In this document: piece after piece, positions 11,557 through 23,509 of the stretch | How the letters are laid out: every line of letters begins with the position of its first letter | Position numbering within the stretch: position 1 is the first letter of the stretch | Origin: Diadema setosum | Lineage: Eukaryota | Direction of reading: 5' to 3' | Length of the DNA stretch: 64,000 bases | Assembly (NCBI RefSeq): GCF_964275005.1 | Contig: NC_092698.1 | Location: 24,289,037-24,353,036, forward strand | Position numbers and translations under genes: made by a program | Notes under the pieces: generated by a model | Database searches by the model: none | Seen by the model: the letters and a program-made list of their open reading frames with translations, nothing else | What the model was told of the DNA's origin: nothing

Positions 11557-12282
11557 TTAAAGGGATGATGGTATAGTATTGGTGGAGATGAGGATTGGGC
11601 TTTTAACTTTTTGCTAGATACCAAGAAATCACTCTTAAAATAGTTCAGAGCATATATCATTCTAAGAGGAGTTCAACGTTTATTTGATGAAAATCAGTTT
11701 TGGAATGGCTGAGACATCTAAAAAAAAAAATAAATAAAACAAAGAGATCGTATATATAGTAATAAAAGGTGAGTCCCACTTTTTATTAGGTCTTGTACCT
11801 GGGTGTGTGTGTGTGTGTGTTGCGTGGTTGTGGTGTGTGTTTCCGTGCCTTTACATTGATTGTATAATTGTAAGTTTAATGTATTGAGTGGCCCACATTC
11901 ATACAAGCTTGTCTTTTACGTGGGTCCCTCGATCTTTTCCTTTAACGCAATTATTTTGAACAATTAATTTCATAATATATGCATTTTTTGTTGTAAGATG
12001 ATACATGTCCGTTTTGTTTTCATTGAATTTGTGCAACAACAAACATGACGTGTTATTGGAAATAAAATTTCATTTGAACTGAACTGAATTGAATTGAATT
12101 AAGATCGCTCTGTTTTTGGATACCTCAGCCATTTCCAAACCAATTTTATTCATCAAATAAATCGTGAATTCCTCTTGGAATCACACGCTCTTTTATATTT
12201 CATAAGAGGTTTGTCGTTATCTCACCAAAGAATGCTAGAAACCTGAAGTTAGATCTCAACCAAAACTATACGATCCCTTTAA
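11557..12282. mobile_element. Foldback MITE (copy 1 of the family). It is interrupted in its centre by a ~370-bp insertion carrying a (GT)n run and a LINE 3' tail.
   Basis: The left half (ttaaagggatgatggtatagtattggtggagatgaggattgggcttttaactttttgc..) and the right half (..cctcagccatttccaaaccaattttattcatcaaataa...ctcaaccaaaactatacgatccctttaa) match the other copies. The 14-bp TIR is ttaaagggat.gta. Confidence 0.6.
11735..12103 (+). mobile_element. 5'-truncated 3'-end fragment of the LINE family, inserted into the MITE centre. Its tail reads ggaaataaaatttcatttgaactgaactgaattgaattgaatt.
   Basis: The 3' end resembles the 3' UTR and tail of the LINE at 15100-15180 (gcagaaataaaaactgaactgaactgaactgaa). 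The same GAAATAAA-(TGAAY)n tail is seen at about 43520-43567, 38270-38310 and 59860-59960. Confidence 0.4.
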
Positions 12283-12439
12283 TAGTAATAATTCTTGCGT
12301 TATACTCTTCTTGTATGCTTTGTATTTGCATGTTTTTTTCTTTGCACAGGATTCTGTTTTTGTTGGTTTGTTTGCTTGTGTCACTGACGTCATAATGGCT
12401 GTCTAGGACTGTCTGCACCCCCAGGAGCAGCTTCCTATC

Positions 12440-12468
12440 ATGGCCGCTGTAAAGAAAAATCTACTGGA
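12440..12468 (+). CDS. Speculative first coding exon: ATG GCC GCT GTA AAG AAA AAT CTA CTG GA | gtaagt (MAAVKKNLL-). It may be the 5' end of the PARP4-like gene.
   Basis: The ATG has a good Kozak context (a at -3, G at +4). A perfect GTAAGT donor follows at 12469. An acceptor (cccccag) lies 16 nt upstream, and a palindromic CRE, TGACGTCA, sits at 12385-12392. The phase (2 leftover nt) matches the candidate exon at 15638. Confidence 0.25.
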
Positions 12469-14066
12469 GTAAGTCTGGAAGGGACACACCTGTTCATTTA
12501 TTTTAAAGCATGTAGTTACACACAGATTGGTCCATTCATTGCCGCGAGCTTATTCACTTCCTTGTTTTTACGTAACCTTTTTGATTTCATTTAATACATG
12601 TTTATTCAATTACGAAACTCCTAATCATAATTGTATGAAGAAAAAAAAAGAGACAAATAAAAAATTCAGTACAATCATCAATCATTCAAAAGACAGCGTT
12701 GAATCTATAGGATACCAGGATCATTTCCAAAGAATGACATCAGTATATTCAAAATAAAAACCTGACCTTCCCGTCACACGCACACACACACACACGCACT
12801 CATACACTCACAAAGAAGTAAGCAGGCCCAATTTGTTCTTCGGACGGGAAAACCCTAAAACCACTACGCACTTGGTTGTATACAAAAGCCTGCATATCTT
12901 TGCAATACAGTGGACAGTGTGACGTATACAACAAATCTGCTGACTCGACCCGGATGTCGGTATGCTTTGTTGCTGTGTGTTATTACCCATTCTATACCGT
13001 ACACTAACAGTACAATTTGATCTGATTCCTTTATTCCACACCTTCGTGATCCTCAACAGTGATATATAGGCTGAGTTGTCACCTTTATGGCATAATTTTA
13101 CGTGTTGCAGACAGTAGCATACTCTGATCGTATAATTAATTCATTTTCATTTCATTTCATTTCATTTATTTCCACATTAAAAACAATCATTACATTTCAA
13201 GTCATAGTATAAACATATTCATTGTGGGGGACCAACTTAAAGCCTTTCAGGCTTGTTGGGAATAGGCCCCAAAGTAAATACAAGACTTTCTCAACTGAAA
13301 ATATATAGGTACAAAATATATAGAACACAAATGGTACACAATCAAAGCAGGCCGAAGAAGGAAAAAAGTAAAGAGTAAAATACTGGCAGAATATACAAAA
13401 CTATGTTGCTATTAAATACAAAAAGTGCGTCTAAAATTGCTTCTGAACTGCTGTAATGATTTGCAGTTTTTCAGTTCCTTTGGTAAAGTATTCCACAAAA
13501 TGGGACCTTGACAAAAAATTGTTGACTTGGCTAATTCGGTTCGGTAGAGGGGAGGATGAAAATTTTGTTGGTTTCTTGTATTATAAGAATGAATACTGAT
13601 GTTGAGATGAAAACATTGTTATAAGGGGGCTGGTAATGCACCAAATAAATACTGTTGCATAAAAATTCATATTTGAAAGCATATTATATCTTGAATTGAT
13701 GATATGTTATAAATTCAAGATATTCGAAATTATTCATAACAGTACATCATAATTTCTGTAGTCATCTCATTTCATTGATTTCATTTCAAACAAATTACCA
13801 ATTGCTATAGACATTTGAATACATATAATTACACTAAATCAGTTCAACAATCGTAATCAAGGACAGTAGCTTTGTATACGGCAGGAGCGGCGGAACGGGG
13901 AAGGGGGAAGGGCTGAGGGCTGGTGGGTTGCACCCCCCCCCCCCCACACACACATACACATTTTGGGCTCTTCAAAAAAAAAAATGGGCATGCACACACT
14001 CGCCCACACACTCTACACAATTCAACATTTGAACGTGTCTTCCTCAAGTATATCACATTTTTGTAA

Positions 14067-15180
14067 GCTGAAACAAGTATGTGTTGCATGTCTATGGAAA
14101 TATCTGGTCAGAAAAGCAACTTAAAATATATTTTATATCGACTGAAAAACTTCATTTCTCAAAATTCCCTGACTATTCTATACAATGCATTGATCTTACC
14201 ACATATCACATACTGCAATATCGTTTGGGGAAACTGTGGCTCAACTAAAATTAATCCAATTTTTACTCTCCAAAAACGTGCTGTACGTTTGATTACCAAT
14301 TCCCGTTACTTATCCCCATCCAATCCCCTATTTCATCAACTAAAAACATTGAAAATTGAGGATCTTCACACCTTTCAAACTGCTGTTTTTATGTATAAAT
14401 ATACATTTAATTGTCTTCCAAAAATTTTTGATGGCTTCTTCACTCCAAATTTCACCGTTCATTCATATCCAACACGTCAGTCGTCCGATTACCATCTCGA
14501 AAACCCCAGAATCATTTTAGCTCAAAAATCTTTAAAGCACAATGGACCAGATATTTGGAATTCTTTACCCCCTAATTTAAAACAACGTACGTCGTTGAAC
14601 ATTTTTAAACGAGAACTAAAAAACACCCTCATAATCCAGTATACTTCTGACACATAAAAATATTCATACCACCTGGTCAACAAACACCCTAAACAATGAG
14701 TTCACGGCCATAACTGAAGTAATATTCACCTCATCACACTGATACACAAAATAACACTCAACGTACAAACCAAGATTCATCCCAACACAATGCACACCGC
14801 ACTGCACCGCACGCCCTTCGCACAATTTACTTCCCACTCAGTGAGTGGCAAGATTTTCTTTATGTATCTCTTCGTTGTGCCCTTTGCACAATTACCCCCC
14901 ACTCAGTGAGTGGCAAGATTTTCTTTATGTATCTCTTTACCTGGGGCCATCTTCCTCGTCAAGCTTAGCTTATGATGATGGTCCCCTGCATTTCATTTTT
15001 ATCATTTCCTATTGCTTCCTTTCATATATGATATTCGTTCTTGAAAAAAAAAAAATGTATGTAAGATCCAAACGTTACGAATACTAGCTGTGTAAATGAC
15101 TATGTAAGTATTTTGTTGATTTGTGGATTTGTATTGATTTTGAAATGCAGAAATAAAAACTGAACTGAACTGAACTGAAA
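14067..15180 (+). mobile_element. 5'-truncated non-LTR retrotransposon (LINE). It carries the C-terminal tail of ORF2 (14067-14657), then a 3' UTR with a 58-bp internal duplication (14834-14940), and ends in gaaataaaaa(ctgaa)4.
   Basis: The ORF translation reads ...LYNALILPHITYCNIVWGNCGSTKINPIFTLQKRAVRLITNSRYLSPSNPLFHQLKTLKIEDLHTFQTAVFMYKYTFNCLPKIFDGFF...SLKHNGPDIWNSLPPNLKQRTSLNIFKRELKN. This is the conserved C-terminal domain that follows the reverse transcriptase in jockey/CR1/L2-type LINEs. An in-frame stop immediately upstream at 14064 marks the truncation point. Confidence 0.7.
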
Positions 15181-15637
15181 AAATCGAACCAGAAAAGCAA
15201 CCAATCTGATTGCATAGACAATAACAGATTATAGAGAATTATTAGCCCGTGTTTCGCAGGATGACAGTGAAGAATTCAGCGTGCTTGCAGTGTTTAATTT
15301 GAATCCCTCGAGTATCAAGCTAAGTATTGAGAATTAGTTTGGAATGCGAAGAATGTTTACAGATTGGAAATATCACTCATCGAAACAAAATGAAATTATT
15401 GCAATTGCATTTTTAAATTTTATTTTTAATTACCTAGCAATATGCTTATGCCCAAACAACGAAATTTCCAGGAAAAAGGCAAAATTTCGTTTTTCCTGTA
15501 ATACTAACTTAGATAACAATTTACGGTATAAAAGGTATAGGAGACTATCAGCTAAAATGCAATTTTACCCCTGCAAATGCAAAAAGAAATTATTTCCTGT
15601 ATATGCATATGTTTTTATCCCTGATTTCGCTTTCCAG

Positions 15638-15695
15638 TTTCGGCCCGGCTGTAGTTCCCGTTCAAGAAGAGCTTGTTAAAGCATCTATATTTCAG
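15638..15695 (+). CDS. Speculative small exon encoding (D)FGPAVVPVQEELVKASIFQ.
   Basis: Acceptor ctttccag|t and donor ttcag|gtaaag. The frame is open, and the phases are compatible with the candidate exons at 12440 and 16881. Confidence 0.25.
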
Positions 15696-15970
15696 GTAAA
15701 GATTTTCTCTTTAAAAAAAAAAAAAAAAAAAAAAAAGGACTTCACTGGTGTTCGTTTGTTTGTTTGTTTTTCATTTCATCCAAATTTGTCAGTGCATATC
15801 CTGTAAAGGGCGCTCTTTCTGAATAAGTTTCCTTTACAATGATCACATAGTAACTGTCATTTCTGGGACAATTACGCTCACGTTCATTACTCACACAAAT
15901 CTTCTAATTGGCCAAATGCTGCAGTGAAGTGTCGCGGGTTCGCCATACCTCTCGATTCTCTGATATCACC

Positions 15971-16366
15971 TTTGAAGGGATACTATAGAATTTCAGTTGA
16001 GATGGGACTTAAGGTTTCTAACGTTTTTTGATGATGATTTTTCAAGATAAAGAGAACCCTCTTATGAAGTATGGAAAGAAATATGGTTATAAGAAAAATT
16101 CGAAGTTTATTTGAGGAAAATTAGTTTTGAAATAGATGAGATGTCCGAAACAAAGCAATCCTGATAATATCGTTGTATTTTACTTTGTTTTTTGATATCT
16201 CAGGTATTTCTAGACCATTATATTCATCAAACCAACTTTGCATTCCTCTTAGAACTCTATGCTCTTTAACATTTCATACAGTGTTTTCTAGGTATCTCGC
16301 AAAAAAAAAAAGAGTTAAAAGCTTAATCCTCACGTCAACCAATGGGTTACTCTACCACCCCTTTAA
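15971..16366. mobile_element. Foldback MITE, a diverged copy of the B-variant.
   Basis: The body shares gataaagagaaccctcttatgaagtatggaaag ... ctttaacatttcatacagtgttttctaggtatctcgcaaaaaaa with the copies at 49289 and 52791. Internal halves are reverse complements of each other. Confidence 0.5.
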
Positions 16367-16880
16367 GAGTTCTTTTTATAACTTTCACATATAATCATTA
16401 ATCAACTCCCAATAAAAAATTTCTGACACATCCGACACTTATTAAAAAAGCAGGTCTCACTGTTCTTCGAGAACAGCAATCAGTTATGATGTATGTCAGC
16501 TAATCCAACATTTCATGATTAATGAATAACTGATACAGTGTACTCTGAAATACACTAGGAAACGTTAACTCAATAAGAACATCAGATTCAACTGCATCGG
16601 TGTGTTTCAAAAAGACAACTTGTATTAGGAATTTGTATAATGATATAAATAATGTAAGCGTGTGAATGACAGGAACATTATGTCACTGATGAGATATACC
16701 ACAGTGTTTTCGTCACATGATTTGATATGACAAATACACGGCTTTGCAGAATGTACACTAATACCCAGTTTTGTTTGCACGTAACCCACTAAAAATTCAA
16801 ACTATACACAATGGTGCACCCAGTACAAGTTTCCTATAATTAAGTCAGTAATGCACTCTTTGATATTTTCCTTCTGAAAG

Positions 16881-17090
16881 GAAACACACTCGTCAGCTCC
16901 GGGGAACACTCGGCTGTTTACCGTCGAGATTCAGAGAAATGTTTCGTCTTCATCAACCACGAGCTCATCTTCCTCTGTTGCCCCCCAACCGTCTAGAGAT
17001 GATTGTGACGGAAGTGCTGACGTCATTTCTACAGTCAGTGACTACCCCTTTAAAGTCGTCACGCATCTGACATCGACTGCAAGTGCTACG
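16881..17090 (+). CDS. Candidate PARP4-like exon encoding ETHSSAPGNTRLFTVEIQRNVSSSSTTSSSSSVAPQPSRDDCDGSADVISTVSDYPFKVVTHLTSTASAT.
   Basis: A 70-codon open frame lying exactly between the acceptor ttctgaaag|g and the donor ctacg|gtatat, phase 0-0. The similarity to the PARP4 region upstream of the helical domain is only weak (VVVELQ...CPFLISSHFLL). Confidence 0.35.
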
Positions 17091-18188
17091 GTATATAGTA
17101 ATTGCCATCTCTGTTCGTTGGAAGTTAAACCGGAAATGACTCATTTAAAGTGCACGGTGTACTCATAAACTTACGCAAACCTCTTGATAAAGATCATGTC
17201 GGTAGTGACTTGTTTATTGTTTCCTGTTTGGGAATAGACTGCCAATCTTGAGCACTGATTACAAGCAATAAGCCGTGATTAGGCTACACTTGCTTATGGA
17301 AAAGAAGATTGTCATTTATTGGCATTTACACCGCATTTATGCCACCTTCTCTGTTTCAATTACTAATTTTTGTCGATTGTATGAATAGGTCTTGTCTTTT
17401 CTTTTTTTTTTTCGCCACAGAGCGTTCTTCAGCGTTAATTACGAGAATGGGGAAATAAATATCTTGTTTTGAAGAATCAATGTTGATACCCTGCAAGAAG
17501 ATATATAGGAGTTTCTTACGTGTGTTGTTCGCAGTAGGCTACGGTCACAACTCAGAGCGGCGACTTACCGATTTGTAGCCTGCTCGGTCGCTACTGAAAT
17601 TTTGGCACCGCTTAGCAGTTTTGGAGATGTTGAGCAGGCTGTAAAACCCTAGCGATGACCGAGCAGTGCCCTGTCGATTTCCCGTCGGTCACCGATCGAT
17701 TTTCAGTAAAATTTTGGCGAAATATGGGGATCTGCAACGCGCAGAGTCCGAGCAGTCACCGAGCGATGCCCCATCGGCAACTGGACGATCCCCACCGGCC
17801 ACCGGCCGATTTTTAGAAAATCGCTCAGCGACCGACGGGTGATCGATAAGTCATCTACCGGTGTTTATAATCAGAAAGGCAACGCATTTTGTATGATGAA
17901 CTTTCCTTTTACAAGTAAAGGGGAAGTTATGAATCACTATCCTTATAGTTAGAACGTCTGCAGGCATGACCCTAGCACTATCGTGATCCCCCCCCCATAT
18001 CACCCTCGTGGTAGTAATAGGGCCGTCAAACATGAGTTCGGTGACAAATAATGGGGGTGGGTGGGTGATCGAGTGGCAACAAACCAACATTTGTCGGTCA
18101 GCGCGATTCCCTTATTAAAGTCAAATAATCTCCCGTCGCCATGGAAATACTCTTGTTTATTTGTTTGTTTCTGTTCACTGCATGGCAG

Positions 18189-18312
18189 AACGAGGAAAGC
18201 GGGGAGCGCGAGTGCCACTATGCGGCCACTGCCGAGGAAGCCCTTCGCATCTACGAGGACATCTACAAGAGGCGGGCCAATGACGCAGACGTTCCGATGC
18301 AGCCCATATCGG
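18189..18312 (+). CDS. PARP4: PARP4-like exon encoding NEESGERECHYAATAEEALRIYEDIYKRRANDADVPMQPIS(G).
   Basis: A polypyrimidine tract plus cag acceptor at 18188 and a G|GTGAGA donor at 18313. The sequence resembles human PARP4 ...SEDASEYFENYIEELKKQGF.... The MEILLF... start shown in the ORF track is intronic polypyrimidine tract read as protein. Confidence 0.5.
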
Positions 18313-19746
18313 GTGAGATCAGTTCGAGATGGATCGGATCCGAGGCTCTTAGAAAGGTGGGGCGCGTACCAGAAATCGCAATGACAACAACAACAACAAC
18401 AACAACAATGGCAACAAGCAAAAAAAAACAAACAAACAAACAAACAAAACAAAAACGAGACAACCAGCCGCAATAGTCCTACTGAAAGCCATACAAAATG
18501 TTGATGACAATACAAAAACTGACAACGAAGATGATTGCAATGATACAACAATAAAATGATGATGTTGATTATGATCACGTTAATGATGATTTTAAGAACT
18601 ACTCTTTATAATCACACTAATAATGCGTGAACCATGTCCTTCCTAATCAATTTGCCTACCACAGACCATCAGTTGCTCAGAATGTAGTACTTAAACCTCA
18701 AAAGACGAGGAAGAAATGCCCCATTTTCATCATGGTTTTAAGTTCAAGGAAACACGCGTTATAAGACAGGGGTCATCTTTAGTGGCTAACTCATTGAAAA
18801 TCAGTTCATAATGGTTATGTAGCGAGCCCTTGTGACCGGAGTTGATGAGCGAACCCGCAACTAAACGTGATTTAAATTAACTAATGACGAATAATCAGCT
18901 GCAATAGTCAGAGTGTACATGCCATTTCTCTATGGCTAATATTTCTAAGCACTTCTCAATCCAAGCAAAATAAGGGCCTACCTGCCCGTGAAGGAGATAA
19001 TGGTGTGTGGTATGGTCTTATGCGCTTTATAAATTAAACGTGCGCATTAACTGGGAAACGATCCTGCCATTTACGAAATTCCAAACGTTTGTTGCTACTT
19101 TTGTTTCATTTATTTTTGTATTTTGTTGAATGGAAACAAAGCGGGCACTCCTGATTTAATTCTGACAGTGATTTTCTACTACATAAAATGGAGCAAATCG
19201 AGACCATTACTGTCAAGAACTGCAAAGAAAGTACCATGAGACCTAAATAACGTATAGAAAAGTGACTATTCCTCGCACAGTTTAAAAAATGAAACATAAA
19301 TCCTCTTTCTGTGTTTCCTCATTTGTTTTTCCTTCTGCGATTGTCTTCTTGTTCAGGAATCTGCTCCCTCAAAAAATAAAAGATAAAGAAAACGAACAAA
19401 TAAAAGTAAAGTCTAAGTGTAACCATTGAAAGCTTTAGATTCGTAGCTATTTTTGTTGTTTTAGATATGCTGCTGAATCCTGACCCACTTTTTTTTTTCT
19501 TTTATGCGTGATCTTTTGTAATCCATTTTGCAATATAACGAGAGCACAGACTAACCGCTTCCTTCAATGCAACAAACTATTCTTCTCAGTTCACTCACTT
19601 CCTTTCGTCCCTGTGTTGGGTTGGGATATCATCAACGAATACGCCACGAATAATGCAACGATAGGTTGATAGAAAACTCATGGCATCATAAATCACTTTA
19701 ATACCCATATAGACCTTGTTGTACCGGGAGACTTACTCACCTTCAG

Positions 19747-19856
19747 AGTCACTATCGGACGAGGTGGCCCAACTCGTGGACAACGTCTGGAAAGAGGCCA
19801 TGGGAACTCTCCGCGAAAATCTCTCGGTCAGGGTTGAGACCATACTTCCGGGTCAG
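19747..19856 (+). CDS. PARP4: PARP4-like exon encoding (E)SLSDEVAQLVDNVWKEAMGTLRENLSVRVETILPGQ.
   Basis: Matches PARP4 TLSQEVSDLVEMIWAEALGHLEHMLLKPVN. Acceptor ttcag|ag, donor cag|gtaaat. The phase is continuous with the 18189 exon (g + ag = gag). Confidence 0.6.
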
Positions 19857-20384
19857 GTAAATGACATTGATGGCACCCATGCACATTATGGCTCAAAAGA
19901 TAAGATGGAACCGACAAAAATTGAGCAAAATACAAAGCAAAGGACTCTCGAGGGGATCCCAAGAGAGAGAGAGAGAGAGAGAGAGAAGGGGGGGGGGTGT
20001 ACTACCCCCCCTCCCAACTTAATTAAAAAGAAATTGTTCCGCGGCCCCATTATAATGAGATAATTAATGCGGACACAGACACTCAAGGGATAGTCTTACT
20101 CGAAATCCTCCTTTCAAAATGTTAATAAATAAATAAATCAATAAATAAATAAATAAGTAAATAAATAAATAGCTAATAGAAGGAGCAGTTCTAAAAAGTA
20201 GAAATATTACGGGTTGACCATCGTTGTCAGTGTATGATGTCGATCAGCCTCAAAAGGAAACAAGTTTGTTCTCATTACAAACAACACATCCTGAAATCGC
20301 TCCTCGTGTAGATGCAGATAATCCTCTTCACTGCTTTAGTTTCGTGCTACTGTACTTCACAAAGTTGGCAACCCTTCTTCCTAG

Positions 20385-20648
20385 GTTGCCAAGGCCGAAG
20401 CCGTCCTTCATCAGCTTTGGCACCTTCTTCAGCGCCGACGTCGTCGAGACGATGAGAGGAAAGAAGGGGACGACGAAGATGAGGAGGACGAACAAGGGAG
20501 ACAAGAATCCTCGGATGCAGATCGCGAGGAGGAGGAGAAACTGGAGGAGTTGGAAAAGGAATTCTACGACTTGATACCGCACAAAGAAGACATGCGCAGT
20601 TCGCTGCTGCGCAAGGGAAACGTGGCGCTCAAACTGGATCTCTGTCAG
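20385..20648 (+). CDS. PARP4: PARP helical regulatory-domain exon encoding VAKAEAVLHQLWHLLQRRRRRDDERKEGDDEDEEDEQGRQESSDADREEEEKLEELEKEFYDLIPHKEDMRSSLLRKGNVALKLDLCQ.
   Basis: The EFYDLIPHK...LDLCQ stretch matches the PARP4 motif MMTEFYRLIPHKGTMPKEVNLGLLAKKADLCQ. Acceptor cctag|gtt, donor tgtcag|gttagg. 88 codons, phase 0-0. Confidence 0.8.
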
Positions 20649-21578
20649 GTTAGGGGAAAAGCAAGGGAGAAAACTGGGAATCAATCTAGAAGTATTGGCA
20701 AGTTTTCCTTTCATCTTATAATGTTCTGAAAGGAGACACCGCAAACTGTATAATGTGAAACGATTTGTTGTTTTTTTACAACAATCCGTATACACCCATG
20801 CGTATACACAAGAGAAATACATGCATGCACACAATGCAAATCTTAGTGCCATATTTTGATTTGCTGAAACTGCACCCGTCTTACACTCGAGACTTAGCGA
20901 ACAGTTCCAGCACACTCATTTTCATAAATTTATTGCTCTTGACATTGGGATTATACATGTGTTCAGCAAAAACCAAAACAAAACGGAAACAAAAAACAGT
21001 CTTACATTGATTTTTGATAAATAGGATAATGCCAGAGGAGAAGATTGCCAGAGGTTTCCTCAGCATCGGATATGAAATACCGATGTCATGGAATTCTCAA
21101 GTTTCGCATGAAAATGTTTTCACCGAATGTTGATCCGGGCGCAACCTCAAAGAAAAGTTTTGGTTTACCCGATGATTTCATCTTCTTATATATTTTCAGT
21201 TTGTTCGTGCATAACAAAAAAGAATAGGTTTTTCGTCGACAATCCAGCAGATGCATCCTTCACACTTTCTCCGAAAGTCATTTTTTGATACGTTATCAGG
21301 CAATGCTGCAATATGTAATAGGAGTGAGTATTCATTTCCAATTACGTACGTGCAATGTAAATATCCATAATATATCTACCAAAACTTAATCAAAAATTAG
21401 TGCTATGGAGATATCTTTACGAACATAACCACGTATGATTAGTCAGTGAAGCATTATCTTGGCAGTGTGCTCGGCAGTTTCAAAACAGTCTCATGATCCC
21501 TATATACTGTTGTTTCACAAGAGGAAAACAAAATGACGCATCACTAATGTGAATTTCGATGTACGGGTGCGGTTTTAG

Positions 21579-21739
21579 ATGATCCGGGATATCGTGCACA
21601 TCAGCGAGGAAACTGGCTGGCGCCAGCAGCCAACGACGCAGGCCAAGTACAAGGCGCTGAGGTGCTACATCCGGTTCCTGGAACCAGGCCATCCGGAGCA
21701 CGAGAAGATCAGAGATCTTGTGCTTTCCACAGTTCCTCG
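21579..21739 (+). CDS. PARP4: PARP helical-domain exon encoding MIRDIVHISEETGWRQQPTTQAKYKALRCYIRFLEPGHPEHEKIRDLVLSTVP(R).
   Basis: Matches PARP4 LIRDMVNVCETNLSKPNPPSLAKYRALRCKIEHVEQNTEEFLRVRKEV. Acceptor ttttag|atg, donor cg|gtaaac. Confidence 0.8.
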
Positions 21740-22442
21740 GTAAACTCTCCAGTAGTATGCTTCCGCCAAAAATGTACCCTCAAGTTCAAGTTTCAAGTTG
21801 TTTTATTTCATCTCCAACAAATTGAGGATACAATGAAAAATGTTTGGGTATACAAATAGTGACACGAAACCTGGTGTAACATTTTTCATTACTTTTTGTT
21901 CAAGAATCTTTGTCAGTTATAAGTCAAACAGCTACAAATACAAGTTTAAAGCTGTTAGGCCAATTTTAGAGCCAAATGGCAATTCAACTTTTTTTTTTTA
22001 ATTTAGCAAATACACGTAAAATATCTCAGCAACAGACGGACTTTCTATGCACTTTGCCGTGCCAAATGAAAATGAAAGTGGTTATGACTTCAAACAATGA
22101 CCGCAGTGTCCGGATGCCAACTTGCATCACTATGATGATGGTATGCAGTCAGGACAAGAAGTACAGCTGTCTTCCTAATCCAATACTCCGGAGGAACGTG
22201 CTATTATACTTTATCGCCGGAAATAGATATTTCCTTACCGTTAATTGCGTTCTCTGCCCCTCCTTAACTTTCACCGAATATATCAAGTTCAACTTACTTC
22301 CGACCGACGTATGAGCTATGCCCATCGTCTTTGTCAACATTTATTGTGCCATTTTGAGGGTTTTAGTACCATTTTTACTCCATTCCTTCAAAGTTAGTCA
22401 TCCGCCTTTTTTTTCAAATATCCTTCTTCATTCGTTTTATAG

Positions 22443-22580
22443 GGCAACAACCATCAACACACTTCGCATCTACGCGGTGAGTAGACCGCCTGAAGAGGAG
22501 GGATTCGACCGTGGGATAGGCAACGACAGACTGCTCTTCCACGCATCCAAACCAGCCAGCATCCTCGGAATCCTATCAAG
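22443..22580 (+). CDS. PARP4: Exon at the start of the PARP catalytic domain: (R)[45 protein letters not shown](R).
   Basis: Matches PARP4 VLQIFRVGRVNETTEFLSKLGNVRPLLHGSPVQNIVGILCRG. Acceptor ttttatag|g, donor caag|gtcgag. Confidence 0.8.
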
Positions 22581-22635
22581 GTCGAGCCTTTCAAAAATAT
22601 GTGACAGAAATAAATAAATAAATAAATAGAAAATA

Positions 22636-22692
<57 letters not shown>

Positions 22693-22723
22693 TCCATATT
22701 TACGAGACGTTTATATATATTTA

Positions 22724-22770
<47 letters not shown>
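22636..22770. repeat. Two (TA)n microsatellites, at 22636-22690 and 22725-22770.
   Basis: Direct reading. Confidence 0.9.
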
Positions 22771-22771
<1 letters not shown>

Positions 22772-23509
22772 GAATGCATGGTTTACATCTAAATAGGGGA
22801 AGACATTTCGATTTTTATATTTATTGATTTTTATTGCTTTTTAGTAAGGTTATCACATTTGCAAGTTTCATATGTTTTCGAGGATTAGTTGTTCTTGTAT
22901 GAGTCACTATGTTGTCGCTGCTTTGTATCTATCCCAAATATGTTCGTCCGACACTGTGTAAGAATCTCGATAATTATTTTGATAGTGTTAGAAATACGAT
23001 AACAGTTAATAAGGAAAATCACTGTGGTTTGATATACCATACCAGTTTTTTCAGTCTACATTTTGAGAAATTTATGACAAAGAAAGGCGCTTAGCTTGAA
23101 TTGAAAGTTATTGAATTCTCTTTTACATTTTTTTTCTTCTTCTTTTGCCGTGGTAATGGCTGTTATTTTATGATGGTGGTGATGAAAGTGGTGAATATCA
23201 TCATGTTCATTGTGATTGCTTATGTACCAACATTCTTCGGTAAAAACCTAATTATCGATATCAATTTACTGGTCTCTCTAACATTGCTTAAGAAACAAAC
23301 AAACAACAAACATGGCACTTTCTAGTCACCATGGCATCGTAATTCCGATCCGATTTGATTTCACCTGAGTTAAACCCTGATTTATTGGTTACTCTTCTTA
23401 AAATATAAAGAAATAAGTATGTGTGTGTGTCTCTGTCTATGTGTGTGTGCGTCTATCTGTGTGTACACTGTACTGTATACGTTTGTGGGTTATGTTTGTT
23501 CCACTGCAG

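Noticed and set aside
11148-11660. 170-aa minus-strand ORF.
   Set aside because: It spans the GGGGCGGATCC element and the MITE TIR (poly-G and poly-C runs). It has no coding-like composition and crosses repeat boundaries.
18000-18578. 192-aa minus-strand ORF and several overlapping ORFs around 18.0-18.5 kb.
   Set aside because: They overlap the plus-strand PARP4-like exon and a poly-(CAA/TTG) low-complexity tract. The plus-strand exon has both homology and splice-site support.
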